Assembly (NCBI GenBank): GCA_002269645.1
Contig: NIVC01001570.1
Span: 1-64,000, forward strand
Reading direction: 5' to 3'
Source of the DNA: Macrostomum lignano
Taxonomy: Eukaryota
DNA length: 64,000 nt
How positions within the stretch are numbered: position 1 is the stretch's first letter; every line of letters begins with the position of its first letter. The notes beneath the pieces are model-generated. The model ran no database searches. It saw only the letters and a program-made list of their open reading frames with translations, and had not been told where the DNA came from. A program made the position numbers and the translations under genes. This document shows, piece by piece, positions 63,871-64,000 of this stretch.

Positions 63871-64000
63871 TTGACTATCCACGTATATAGTCAGACGCAG
63901 GGACAAGTAAAACACTCGTGGTCCCTGGTCCCTGCATGGTCAGACGTGTAGTCACATGATTTATAGACCGTCTAATTAAAGTGGTCACGTGATTTAATGC

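Overview
Eukaryotic (animal) genomic DNA, very repeat-rich, with GT-AG introns and TTAGGG repeats. The style resembles a flatworm such as Macrostomum, but this is inference only. Host genes: (1) a complete 5-exon coatomer epsilon gene (COPE, +, 3388-9759, 303 aa); (2) an uncharacterised 5-exon + strand gene (11572-15290); (3) the 3' seven exons of a valyl-tRNA synthetase gene (-, 63515 to 16344), with a 35.3-kb intron (25486-60828) and a two-exon Cys-rich zinc-finger-like gene nested antisense in another intron (20632-22998). The giant intron holds a 25.9-kb Ty3/gypsy-type LTR element (32759-58626, -, 2.2-kb near-identical LTRs, AGCG TSD, tRNA-Leu PBS). It encodes Gag and a -1-frameshifted protease but no detectable RT/RNase H/integrase. 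Instead it carries a 449-aa orphan ORF behind a candidate internal promoter and an overlapping, spliced antisense gene for a predicted membrane protein. Its 3' LTR is interrupted by a 6.5-kb hAT transposon whose transposase appears fused to a signal-peptide/lamin-tail-like module. The intron also holds two head-to-tail dimers of non-autonomous Helitron-like elements carrying satellites, a hammerhead-ribozyme-containing retrozyme-like insert and a tRNA-derived SINE. The window starts in a decayed gypsy pol plus 3' LTR. Almost every intron carries its own minisatellite. All calls were made by eye with no database searches; repeat boundaries are approximate.
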